A program made the translations under genes and the position numbers. A stretch of DNA of 64,000 nucleotides from an uncultured bacterium (lineage in GTDB: Bacteria; Babelota; Babeliae; Babelales; Vermiphilaceae): contig OY969699.1 in the NCBI GenBank assembly GCA_963702025.1, positions 576,001 to 640,000 of the forward strand, written 5' to 3'. Positions 48,615 through 58,687 of this stretch are shown in pieces. The notes beneath the pieces were generated by a model, which saw only the letters and a list, made by a program, of their open reading frames with translations, was not told the origin of the DNA and did not search any database. Position 1 is the stretch's first letter. Every line of letters starts with the position of its first letter.

Positions 48615-49007
48615 TTAACGAAAAAAGAGATTGCCCGCAGAAATATGCGGGCAGTTTTTTGAATTCTTCATGTGTTGCCAGGCATCATATATAACAACCA
48701 ATCCGGCGGCAATATTGAATGATCCATACAAAATAGCTGATGATCGTAAAGAAGACGCAATTTGTTGATATTCATCAGCTAACGTTGAACCTTTAACTGC
48801 ATTTGCTAGTACGTCAAAATGTTGCGAGTTAATATTCCTTTCTTTTATCGTTTTAATTCCTACGGCAATAAGAGCGATGCCACAAATGCCGGTAAATAGT
48901 GCACGCTTTGGCGGCAGTTTTGATTTGAGATATTCAAGTTTGCTTGGGGCATTATTTTCTGCAATGATAGGGAATATACAAAGAAAAAGTAGAATGTTTT
49001 TTTTCAT
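48615..49007 (-). CDS. hypothetical membrane protein
   Basis: AAGGA RBS; signal plus two hydrophobic segments. Confidence 0.65.
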   Translation of the reverse strand: MKKNILLFLCIFPIIAENNAPSKLEYLKSKLPPKRALFTGICGIALIAVGIKTIKERNINSQHFDVLANAVKGSTLADEYQQIASSLRSSAILYGSFNIAAGLVVIYDAWQHMKNSKNCPHISAGNLFFR

Positions 49008-49030
49008 ATAAGTCCTTAAGGAGAATAGTA

Positions 49031-49693
49031 ATGAATAGCAAATTTCTTCTCTGTCTTTTTTTTAGTATACCATTATGTGCCATGAAACAATCTGATAATT
49101 ACAACCTTGAACTGCTCACCGGTAAGGATTTAGAATCAATATTGCCATTTGTTGCGCAACAACGCATTGAGCTCTTTCGAGAGTATCCATACCTTTATGA
49201 AGGTAATCTTACCGAAGAAATGAATTATTTAGAATGGTTTGCCAAACTACCTCACACGGCAATGGCCGTTGCCTATCATGATAAACAACCGGTTGGCTTT
49301 GTAAGTGGCACATCGTTTAAAGATTTTGATACTCATTTTAAAGGTTCGTGCGATGTTTTTCTAAAAGCCGATTTAAAACCGGAAGAATATTATTATATCA
49401 CTGAAGGAATTGTGGTGCCTGAACATCGTGGCAATGCATTGGCCCTGAAGCTCTCTGCGTTGATAGAGGGATATGCAAAAAAAATAGGATTCACCAAAGG
49501 CTGTTTCGTTGATGAAAGTCATGACAAACATCCCCTTAAGCCGGCCAATTATTATTCTCTCGAAACTGCATTTAAAAAAGCAGGATATATCAAATCACCC
49601 TTAAGTATAAAATTTAACTGGGTTACTCGGCAAGTAGCTGGCCAAGCCAGAGATCAGGAACATGAACTGTACTATTGGATGAAGAATATTTAA
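49031..49693 (+). CDS. GNAT-family acetyltransferase with signal peptide
   Basis: RIELFREYPYLYEG, YYYITEGIVVPEHRGNAL (motif A), HPLKPANY; signal ends PLCA-MKQ. Confidence 0.82.
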   Translation: MNSKFLLCLFFSIPLCAMKQSDNYNLELLTGKDLESILPFVAQQRIELFREYPYLYEGNLTEEMNYLEWFAKLPHTAMAVAYHDKQPVGFVSGTSFKDFDTHFKGSCDVFLKADLKPEEYYYITEGIVVPEHRGNALALKLSALIEGYAKKIGFTKGCFVDESHDKHPLKPANYYSLETAFKKAGYIKSPLSIKFNWVTRQVAGQARDQEHELYYWMKNI

Positions 49694-50931
49694 GAATCAC
49701 TCGATGTTTCCTTTTGTGATTCTTCATATAATCCGAGCGCTTTTTCAATCAGCTGATCTTTTTTATCTTTATATTCCGGTTTTGATAAAAAATAGGTGCC
49801 CAGCAATGTTGGCAGATCCATATCAACTTTGAGTGCCGAACGGCGGTCGCGCGATTCAGGTTTGCGAATCGGGATAATGGCAACCAGATACATTGCCTTG
49901 AGGCATGCGCGTTCGAGTGCTTTAATGTCAACGGTATCTTTTTTGCCTTGCGGCACGTGATAGACAATTTTTACCACCGCATCGGTAATATCATATTGTT
50001 CAAGTTCAGCAAGAATCTGTTGCGTTTGATCAAGGCCGGGCTGCAAATGCACCTCAATTTGAATAAATGGCCGCATTGGGACTTTAATAAACTGGTGCAT
50101 GGTGGTGCCTTTTTGTTCAATAGTTACTAAACAAAATCCTTTATCTTCTTTGCGTTCGCCAAAATCCACCCGCTCAATAGATCCCGAATAAATAATGGAT
50201 GGATAGCCATTGGGGTTTAAATCTTGATAGCGGTGCAAGTGGCCCAGGGCCACATAGTCAAATGGCTCAATTGCTAGTTGTGACGGTAAAAATGTAGGAT
50301 CATTGCCATAAATTGCCCGCTTTTCTGAACCGGAAAAAATACCGCTGCTCACGGTTAAATGCCCCGCGAGCACTGCGGGAATTTTTGGATCCAATTTTTT
50401 GGCAGCATCAGCAATAACGGCAGCAACAGCTTTTGAAATATGCGTGGTAATTTCTATGCCGGTTTTATACAGATGTTGATTAGAAATTGATATGGTGTTT
50501 CTGGTTGGCCAGGGAATACCAACAATATTAATCGGCCCATTTTTTGTAACGAGTGGCAGTATGGTTGGTTTTGCGATGACATAAAAACCGTCAAGCGGTA
50601 GATCTTGGAAGATATCAAGGCTGTTTGCTTTGCCAAAACTGAGCGGATTATCATGGTTGCCAACCACAATTACCACCGGAATTTTTGCCTGAAACAAGCG
50701 CATCAAGCAATTGAACAATAATTTCTGCTGCGTTGGACTTGGATGCGCCGTTTTATAGGCATCGCCTGAAAAAAGAAAAAAATCTACGTTGTGGCCGATT
50801 GCATGATCAATACAAAAATTGAATGCTTTTTGAAAATCGAGCAACCGGCTATGGATGCCGGTCTTTGGATCAATGCGGCCATAATTTTCCATGCCAAAGT
50901 GAATGTCGGCGGTATGTATAAATTTTATCAT
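49690..50931 (-). CDS. sbcD: SbcD/Mre11-family exonuclease subunit
   Basis: HTADIHFG, SGDAY, GNHD, ALGHLH, YSGSIERVDFGE. Confidence 0.93.
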   Translation of the reverse strand: MIKFIHTADIHFGMENYGRIDPKTGIHSRLLDFQKAFNFCIDHAIGHNVDFFLFSGDAYKTAHPSPTQQKLLFNCLMRLFQAKIPVVIVVGNHDNPLSFGKANSLDIFQDLPLDGFYVIAKPTILPLVTKNGPINIVGIPWPTRNTISISNQHLYKTGIEITTHISKAVAAVIADAAKKLDPKIPAVLAGHLTVSSGIFSGSEKRAIYGNDPTFLPSQLAIEPFDYVALGHLHRYQDLNPNGYPSIIYSGSIERVDFGERKEDKGFCLVTIEQKGTTMHQFIKVPMRPFIQIEVHLQPGLDQTQQILAELEQYDITDAVVKIVYHVPQGKKDTVDIKALERACLKAMYLVAIIPIRKPESRDRRSALKVDMDLPTLLGTYFLSKPEYKDKKDQLIEKALGLYEESQKETSSDS

Positions 50932-52409
50932 TATGTTGGCTCTGATGTCTCGCTCGGTTTGGATTTTAATGCACCGATAAATGAATGCAAGGTGGAGTTG
51001 GCATGTCGTGCCGCTTCAGCTGTTTTAATATCACGCAATTGGTTGGCGTATCCTTCTTTATTCACTTGGCGTGCACGGGCGATTGCCAAAGCATTAGCGG
51101 GCACATTTTCACTAATTACTGATCCTGCTGCCGTATAGGCATTTTGTTCAATAGTAACGGGTGCTATGAGCGTGTTATTGCTCCCGATAAACGCATTATC
51201 ATGAATAACAGTTTGATGTTTTCCCGATCCGCTATAATTGCACGTGATTGTGCCGGCGCCGATGTTAACATTTGCGCCAATACGTGCATCACCCAGATAA
51301 GCCAAATGTTTTGCTTTGGTGCCGTCACCAATGGTGCTTTTTTTAACCTCAACAAAGTTGCCGAGTGTCACATTTTGGCCAATGTGTGAATTCTCTTTAA
51401 CATGAGCAAATGGGCCAACACTTGAATTAGAACCAATCGTTGAATCTTTAATAATCGAATGGGGCAAAATTTCACACTCATCCCCAAGCCGGCTGTTTTC
51501 GAGTGATGCAAATTCATGAATTTTGCTATTTTTGCCGATTACCGTACCGGTTAAAATATGCGCGCCACAGCCAATATAAGTGCCGCTGCCGATAATTACA
51601 TCCAAATCAAGATGCACATTTTGCGCAACAGAAAAATGTACGCCTCTTTCCATCCAATATTTAATCAGTTCTGCTCGTTTTATCTGTTCGGCGACCCATA
51701 ATTCTTGCAATGTATTAATGCCACGAACGCGATCAAAGGGTGCAGAAAACATGGCGATGGTTTTTGATTTATCGCTGGCAATTTTCACCAGATCGGTAAT
51801 AAAAAATTCTTTTGCAGCTGCGTGCATGGAAACGCTATCGATGCATTCTTGCAAAAACTGTTTGCGGATTAAATAGATGCCGGCATTGATGCAACAATGT
51901 TCATTTGCATCACCGTCAAAATCCCGTGCTTCAACAATTTTAATAGAGCTATCATTTTTAACCACACGGCCGTAGCTGCCGCAGGCCGGATCGGCGTTAT
52001 GGGCAGTAACAAAACTAATGTCAGCATTTTTTGCAGTATGTGTTTCAAACAAACCATGAATGATATCTGTGGTAACCAGTGGCACATCGCCATTGAGAAT
52101 CAAAATATGATCACGTTCCCAAATGAGTTTGGTGCACATTAAGGCATGACCCGTGCCACATTGTTCTTCTTGTACCACAAATTTGATGCTATTGGTGTTG
52201 TGATGACGTTGTGAAATAGTTTGTTGAATTGCATCTTTTTGATAACCGACAACCACGGTAATAGGAACGCTCAATTGTTCTAATACGCGGGTGGTGTATA
52301 AAATCATTTCTTGGCCACAAATTTTTTCTAATAGTTTAGTACGTCCGGTATTAAACCGGGTCGATTTTCCGGCTGCAAGCACAATAGCTTGTACTCTATT
52401 GGAAAACAT
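50931..52409 (-). CDS. glmU: bifunctional UDP-GlcNAc pyrophosphorylase/glucosamine-1-phosphate acetyltransferase
   Basis: LAAGKSTRF, GTGHA, GDVPL, INAGIY, hexapeptide repeats, NFVEVKKS, HLAYLGDA. Confidence 0.97.
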   Translation of the reverse strand: MFSNRVQAIVLAAGKSTRFNTGRTKLLEKICGQEMILYTTRVLEQLSVPITVVVGYQKDAIQQTISQRHHNTNSIKFVVQEEQCGTGHALMCTKLIWERDHILILNGDVPLVTTDIIHGLFETHTAKNADISFVTAHNADPACGSYGRVVKNDSSIKIVEARDFDGDANEHCCINAGIYLIRKQFLQECIDSVSMHAAAKEFFITDLVKIASDKSKTIAMFSAPFDRVRGINTLQELWVAEQIKRAELIKYWMERGVHFSVAQNVHLDLDVIIGSGTYIGCGAHILTGTVIGKNSKIHEFASLENSRLGDECEILPHSIIKDSTIGSNSSVGPFAHVKENSHIGQNVTLGNFVEVKKSTIGDGTKAKHLAYLGDARIGANVNIGAGTITCNYSGSGKHQTVIHDNAFIGSNNTLIAPVTIEQNAYTAAGSVISENVPANALAIARARQVNKEGYANQLRDIKTAEAARHANSTLHSFIGALKSKPSETSEPT

Positions 52410-52506
52410 AAATCTCTCTCCTTGGTTATTAAAAGGAATTTCTCAGAAGATGGTGAAGGGGGGCAGAAAAATTCTATCACATATCGAGGCGAAGTCTATC
52501 TTGCTC

Positions 52507-52614
52507 ATGGTTCGATACCCAGCCGTCGCTCTTCGAGCTATGGCGGGCAAGCAATTGCGGAGCTCGTCCTGAGCGAGCGCAGTGAGTCGAGGGGCAATCA
52601 CTCACCACGAATGG
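52507..52614. repeat. nested composite of repeat families A and B
   Basis: Family A arm atggttcgatac...gcaatcactcaccacga interrupted by two further palindromic units. Confidence 0.8.
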
Positions 52615-52734
52615 ACCCCTGCCGGATGTTGATTTGGTTGCGATGAAAATGAATATAGATTTTGCAAAAAAATGAATGACTTATACACTATATAGAACAC
52701 AAACAGTGTAAATAATACGTATATGAATGTTTTT

Positions 52735-52826
52735 GGAGAGATGGCTGAGTGGTCGAAAGCGGCCGCCTCGAAAGCGGCTATTCCATGAAAATGGGATCGT
52801 GGGTTCGAATCCCACTCTCTCCTCCA
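52735..52826 (+). tRNA. tRNA-Ser(CGA)
   Basis: Acceptor GGAGAGA/TCTCTCC, anticodon arm gccgc-CTCGAAA-gcggc, long variable arm, GTTCGAATC T-loop, CCA. Confidence 0.96.
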
Positions 52827-52860
52827 ACCTTCGCTCTTACGAGCTACGGTTGGCACGGCC
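52824..52860. repeat. palindromic repeat family B at the tRNA 3' end
   Basis: ccaacc-ttcgctcttacgagctac-ggttgg; related to 52519..52552 and to the reverse complement of 62496..62526. Confidence 0.7.
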
Positions 52861-52978
52861 AGTACATTTAGGATTGATATTAAATAAAATTTTGGTAGAA
52901 AAAGCGTAGGCTGGGGGTATCCTACAACTGGCACGCTAACAAAAACTTAGAATTAAGCATAGGATGCGCGCATCAACA

Positions 52979-54259
52979 ATGTTAAGAAATCTAAAAATAT
53001 CTCACAGTATCATTCTCTTACTCATGGTTGGTGTTGCAGCATCAGGAATGGTATACGATAATCGCTACCTTCCCCTCATGCAATATCCTTATATTTCCGT
53101 TCCCGGTCGAGAATCTCATCTGACCGGTGACTTTTTTGTAACAACAGCCAGTAGAGCCATAGATGATCGTGAGCGAGAAATTGGCATTATCGAACTTGCC
53201 GGGCCACTTGACCAAGCGCAGCTGGCATACTCTTTTGTATTGGATGGAAAGCCAGACCCTCTTGATCCGGGCCTCTTGGCCGGAGAATTACCCTGGACCA
53301 TCAGAGGAAAATTGCAAACACAGGGTTTTGCGTTTTCCTATCGCCAATATCTGGGATGCGGTTTTTCTGCTGGTGTTTTAACATTGGCTATGCGATCCAA
53401 TTCGTACCTCGATTTTTTCTTTAATCCTCCCAAAACGTCATCAGAAACACCACCATTTTCTCCCGGTGAAGTTGAGGAGCTAGGGCGCGTGTTGCGCGGC
53501 ATGTTTGCCGATTTGGGACTTTCATGCAATCATGTGCAGCAGGGTGGTATGGGTGATATTGAGGCATACCTACGATGGGCAAATCGCTGTGAATATTCTT
53601 ATAAATTGCGATCGCTTGAATATGCCGGGCGTTTGGGAGTGCTTATTCCTACTGGAGTTACTCGTAATATTTTTCACCCTGCTTCTATTCCATTTGGTGG
53701 CAATGGGCACTGGGGAGTGTATGCAAGCGGCGATGCGGAACTTGAGGTAAAGGAAGATTGGAAAATTGGCGTGTTGTTGCGTTTGAGTAAACGATTTGCA
53801 CGCACAAGAATTGAACGAATGCCGGTCGCGCGTCCTTTGCTGCCGGGCCAAGCGTATCCTTCTCCCAGCGAGCCACAGGTATTTGGTGTTTTGGTGGGTC
53901 CAGCCCGAGTAAATCCCGGCTTATCTGAAATTTTTTCGATGTATGCTCAATGGGAAGGTATCCGTGAAGGGCTGGGTGTTCGTTTGCAATATACGCTCGT
54001 GAATCACAATCAAGATCATTGGACTGATCTTCGCGTGGATCAAACAGTAAAAGCTAATCTTGAGCAAGTTGAAAAACTTTCATCATGGGCATCAGAATAT
54101 GTAACACTGAGTGCTTTTTATGATTTTGACAAAGTTGCACCTATTCGTGGCTATAATCCTATTGTTCGTGTAGCTTGGGATATACCATATACTTTATTAG
54201 TGGCACATAAATCGGTGCATTCATATAAAGTAGTTTTAGGTTTGGAATTTAATTTTTAA
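52979..54259 (+). CDS. putative outer-membrane beta-barrel protein
   Basis: Signal peptide, alternating-aromatic strands, GGMGDIE, C-terminal YKVVLGLEFNF. Confidence 0.65.
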   Translation: MLRNLKISHSIILLLMVGVAASGMVYDNRYLPLMQYPYISVPGRESHLTGDFFVTTASRAIDDREREIGIIELAGPLDQAQLAYSFVLDGKPDPLDPGLLAGELPWTIRGKLQTQGFAFSYRQYLGCGFSAGVLTLAMRSNSYLDFFFNPPKTSSETPPFSPGEVEELGRVLRGMFADLGLSCNHVQQGGMGDIEAYLRWANRCEYSYKLRSLEYAGRLGVLIPTGVTRNIFHPASIPFGGNGHWGVYASGDAELEVKEDWKIGVLLRLSKRFARTRIERMPVARPLLPGQAYPSPSEPQVFGVLVGPARVNPGLSEIFSMYAQWEGIREGLGVRLQYTLVNHNQDHWTDLRVDQTVKANLEQVEKLSSWASEYVTLSAFYDFDKVAPIRGYNPIVRVAWDIPYTLLVAHKSVHSYKVVLGLEFNF

Positions 54260-55327
<1,068 letters not shown>

Positions 55328-55329
55328 CT

Positions 55330-56109
55330 ATGGCGCAGTCTCACGGTATTCCCATCAAAAAAAGATATGGGCAACATTTTTTACGCGACCAACAAGTTGT
55401 TGAGCATATGCTTGATAATGTGAGTTTATCTGCAAATAGCAGTGTTTTTGAGATCGGTTGCGGTGATGGATTTTTAACGCAAGAAATTGTAAAGCATCCG
55501 CTTGCCCGTTTTTGGGTTTTTGAAATCGATCCACAATGGGCAGGTTTTGTTAAAAACAGCATCCCGGACAAACGGATGACGATCTTTGAAGATAATATTC
55601 TTGATGTTGATTTTTCCCGATTTGAGCCGTATAAGCCGTGGACACTCTTATCTAATTTACCCTATCAAATTACGTTCCCCATTTTGCATTTGTTGCAAAA
55701 AAATAGACACCTCTTAAAAGAGGGTGTGGTGATGATGCAAGAAGAGGTTGCGCAAAAAATAATGAAAACATCCGGTAGGGGTTATGGCTATCCTTCATTA
55801 TTTTTTAACTATTATTTTGAGTGGAAATTGTTGCAAAAAGTACCGCCAGGCGCATTCTTGCCACCACCTAAAGTCTATTCACGATTACTCTATTTCAAAC
55901 CAAAAAAAGATGTTTCTACGATTCCTGATGAGCCAAAGTTTTGGGAATTTATCAAGCATTGTTTTGCCCAACCACGGCGCACGTTGCGAAACAACTTGAT
56001 GTCCACTCATTATGATTTAACCAAAATTTCGGCAGAAACTTTGGCACTGCGTGCGCAACAGATAAGTATGCAAGATTTTCTTGAACTTTGGAAATTAGTG
56101 AAAAGGTAA
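55330..56109 (+). CDS. rsmA: 16S rRNA adenine dimethyltransferase RsmA (KsgA)
   Basis: GQHFL, EIGCGDG, EID, SNLPYQI, FLPPPKVYS. Confidence 0.95.
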   Translation: MAQSHGIPIKKRYGQHFLRDQQVVEHMLDNVSLSANSSVFEIGCGDGFLTQEIVKHPLARFWVFEIDPQWAGFVKNSIPDKRMTIFEDNILDVDFSRFEPYKPWTLLSNLPYQITFPILHLLQKNRHLLKEGVVMMQEEVAQKIMKTSGRGYGYPSLFFNYYFEWKLLQKVPPGAFLPPPKVYSRLLYFKPKKDVSTIPDEPKFWEFIKHCFAQPRRTLRNNLMSTHYDLTKISAETLALRAQQISMQDFLELWKLVKR

Positions 56110-56116
56110 AATACTC

Positions 56117-56500
56117 ATGAAGTTTTTTGTATCTTTCCTTATAGTTTCACTTTGTTTATCCAACGCTGCATCCGGCATGCATGTATTTGCTGAACTTTTG
56201 AACAAGAAAGTGAAGCAAAGTAAAAATGGCAATCACAAATCAACTCGAATCATTAATAAAACGTTGAGAGAATTGAATGTTCCTTTAAATCCGGATCATG
56301 TTATTGGATTTAGCGTGGGATCATCACCAAACCATTTTAATGTTTATTTTCTTATCCAACATTGGCAAGGTGTTATTCCGGTGGTTTTAAAAAAGAAAGG
56401 CTGGAGGCCAAAGTGCCAAGAAAATAGGAATCAAGAAAGTAACGATAAGCAAGAGTCACTTGAAGAAAAAAATCCCCGTTTAAAACGGGGATTTTCGTGA
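56117..56500 (+). CDS. small hypothetical secreted protein
   Basis: Signal ends AASG-MHV; 3' end contains a 27-nt hairpin. Confidence 0.6.
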   Translation: MKFFVSFLIVSLCLSNAASGMHVFAELLNKKVKQSKNGNHKSTRIINKTLRELNVPLNPDHVIGFSVGSSPNHFNVYFLIQHWQGVIPVVLKKKGWRPKCQENRNQESNDKQESLEEKNPRLKRGFS

Positions 56501-56521
56501 AAAATAGTATCGATTAAATAT

Positions 56522-56654
56522 TAGACTTCTTCTGAAACTCGCTCGAATGGTTCGACAAGCTCACCACGAGCGGACAAAATAACTTCTCTACCGCTCGCCC
56601 TGAGCTTGTCGAAGGGTGCGAGTGGTAAAAAAATCTAGTTTCAGAAGAGATCTA
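56522..56654. mobile_element. MITE-like element with 18-bp terminal inverted repeats, containing family A copy 5 (56547..56616)
   Basis: tagacttcttctgaaact ... agtttcagaagagatcta (16/18 match); both ends are TA. Confidence 0.7.
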
Positions 56655-57329
56655 TTACTTATTTTCTAAATTAGCTTCGGGAATACCCAGATGATATGCA
56701 ACTATTTTTAAGTCATCCATATCAAGCGATTTATTGAGTGGTGCTGCTTCAGTAAGTTTCGCGGAAAGATTTTTTTGTATTTGGGTAATCCGTGTCTGTA
56801 AATGGGCCTGTTTTGTTAAGTGGAGTGCCATCTCTTGATTAATAATCTCTTTATTTCTGCTGTAGCATGCTTGAAGGCATAATAATAGTTCATCCGTTTC
56901 TGCGTATGAACGCTCTTCTAAAGGTATTTTTTCATTAGCAATAAGTGTTTCATAATCGTTAATTTCTTGCTCAGCATCAGCAACTCTCTCTTTATTTTTA
57001 TCTAATACTGATTTGAGTATTTTTTCTTCTTGGGTGGATGTGACCCAGGGTGCTTTTGAAAAATCGGTGTTTATAAAAAATACTCTAATAGCTTCTTCGA
57101 ACACCATATTATTCTTGTGTGCTTCTTGGACCAATTGTTTTAATTTTTCTGTGCGCTCTGGAGTGAGTTCGCGGTTTGGACCATTAAAAAGAGTAGGTTC
57201 AATAGGGCATATCACTGGACTTGTTTGGCACTTTCCATCCTTAACGGAAATAAGATGTGGTAATTCCATAGCAGGGAGTGCACTTATGGATAATGCACAT
57301 AAAGTTGAACAGGCTATTATTTTGTTCAT
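56655..57329 (-). CDS. secreted hypothetical helical protein (paralog pair)
   Basis: AGGA RBS before MNKIIAC; signal ends ALPA-MEL; PVICPI..LT.E..EKLKQL shared with the upstream gene. Confidence 0.75.
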   Translation of the reverse strand: MNKIIACSTLCALSISALPAMELPHLISVKDGKCQTSPVICPIEPTLFNGPNRELTPERTEKLKQLVQEAHKNNMVFEEAIRVFFINTDFSKAPWVTSTQEEKILKSVLDKNKERVADAEQEINDYETLIANEKIPLEERSYAETDELLLCLQACYSRNKEIINQEMALHLTKQAHLQTRITQIQKNLSAKLTEAAPLNKSLDMDDLKIVAYHLGIPEANLENK

Positions 57330-57372
57330 GCATGGATCCTTTTTTTTAAAATGAAAAAATTGTTTTTTAGTT

Positions 57373-58020
57373 CTATGGCTTACTATTACTCGCTTCATCA
57401 GAGTTTTTCTGAATGTGACGCTCCTTAAATTTTTTTTCAAGTTCATTGTGTGTGGTATGTAATTCTGATTGTGTTTCTAAATAGAGCGCCATTTGCAATG
57501 TGATAACCTCTTGGCTTGTATTGCGTAGCACATTGAGGAGATTAATTATGGTTAATTCTTCTTCATCGCGTGTTTCTTGTAATTCAGTATTGGCTATGCG
57601 ATTGTTACGCTGTGCAATATCATTCTCAATTGTAGCGACATTATTTTGTGCTTCCTTTAAAAATTTTTTAGCTACTTGCGCACACGACAATCCTGCATAT
57701 AAAGGAATGCCTCTCTTTGGAAGATCATCCATAAAAATACATTCTTGAATTGCAGCATTAAATAAATTGTCACAACGGTATGCGTGATGAGCAAGTTGCT
57801 TTAATTTTTCAATTTGTTCTTTAGTGAGCGTGCGATCAGAAAGATCAATAGGGCATGTTACCGGTTTTAACGCTGTCTCAGGCGGTTCGCGGAATATAAT
57901 TTTGGCAGGCATTGGCGGTTCGAGCAGTTTAAGGGCGTCAGGAGCTTGAGCTTTGTTCATGGTCAGGAGACTATTCATTTGAACTGTGCACAAGATTGAA
58001 TAAAAAACTATTTTGCTCAC
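57373..58020 (-). CDS. secreted hypothetical helical protein (paralog pair)
   Basis: GTG start with AAGGA RBS; signal ends SLLT-MNK; PVTCPI..LTKEQIEKLKQL, QMALYL. Confidence 0.75.
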   Translation of the reverse strand: MSKIVFYSILCTVQMNSLLTMNKAQAPDALKLLEPPMPAKIIFREPPETALKPVTCPIDLSDRTLTKEQIEKLKQLAHHAYRCDNLFNAAIQECIFMDDLPKRGIPLYAGLSCAQVAKKFLKEAQNNVATIENDIAQRNNRIANTELQETRDEEELTIINLLNVLRNTSQEVITLQMALYLETQSELHTTHNELEKKFKERHIQKNSDEASNSKP

Positions 58021-58085
58021 CGGTATTCCTTTTATTACGAGAGAGATTGCCGTTAGATTATTCCACTTATTTTATAAAAACAAGA

Positions 58086-58637
58086 TTATTTGTTGGTTCG
58101 TTTTTGCCGCTTATTTGGGGCATTATTTTCTGCCGGCGTTAAATCGAGGGTTTTCACACTAATGGGAACAGTATCAATTTGTTTTTGAAGTGTAGCAATT
58201 TGCACTAAACCTAGATTTGCTCGAGCAGACAATAACTGTTTAGTGACTTCTAGTTTTCTTACCAGCGGCGCTATTTCTTTATGAGCAATCTGTTCAACTG
58301 TTTGGCTTTTTTTGGGGCGCAAGTAGAGATCGGTGTCGCAGTCTTCTAATTCATATTCTAGTTTTGTAATTCTTTCAATCAAGAATTTCTCACAATTTTG
58401 TAGAGTATTATTTAAAAGATAAGGTTGTAACAGGTGTGGAAGGCTATTTAGTATGTCACTTGATTCTTGGTTACGTGCTTTATCGATACTATTATTTATG
58501 CCGTCTATCACAAATTGGCAGAATCTAACTTTTTTTGATTCACGTTCAATGAAGGAAGCTCGTTTCATGCCGTGTGCGGTGACTACTAGAGAACAAAAAA
58601 GAATTATTGTTGCATATCGTAGGGAGATCATTATCAT
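58086..58637 (-). CDS. secreted hypothetical protein
   Basis: Signal ends TAHG-MKR; basic C-terminus PNKRQKRTNK. Confidence 0.7.
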   Translation of the reverse strand: MIMISLRYATIILFCSLVVTAHGMKRASFIERESKKVRFCQFVIDGINNSIDKARNQESSDILNSLPHLLQPYLLNNTLQNCEKFLIERITKLEYELEDCDTDLYLRPKKSQTVEQIAHKEIAPLVRKLEVTKQLLSARANLGLVQIATLQKQIDTVPISVKTLDLTPAENNAPNKRQKRTNK

Positions 58638-58687
58638 ATCCGTGATGTTAGTGATATAAATATTATTGAACGTATATTAGTATATAA

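Noticed and set aside
52389..52934. ORFs 52389..52646, 52602..52934 and 52727..52909
   Set aside because: They run through the nested repeats and the tRNA-Ser gene.
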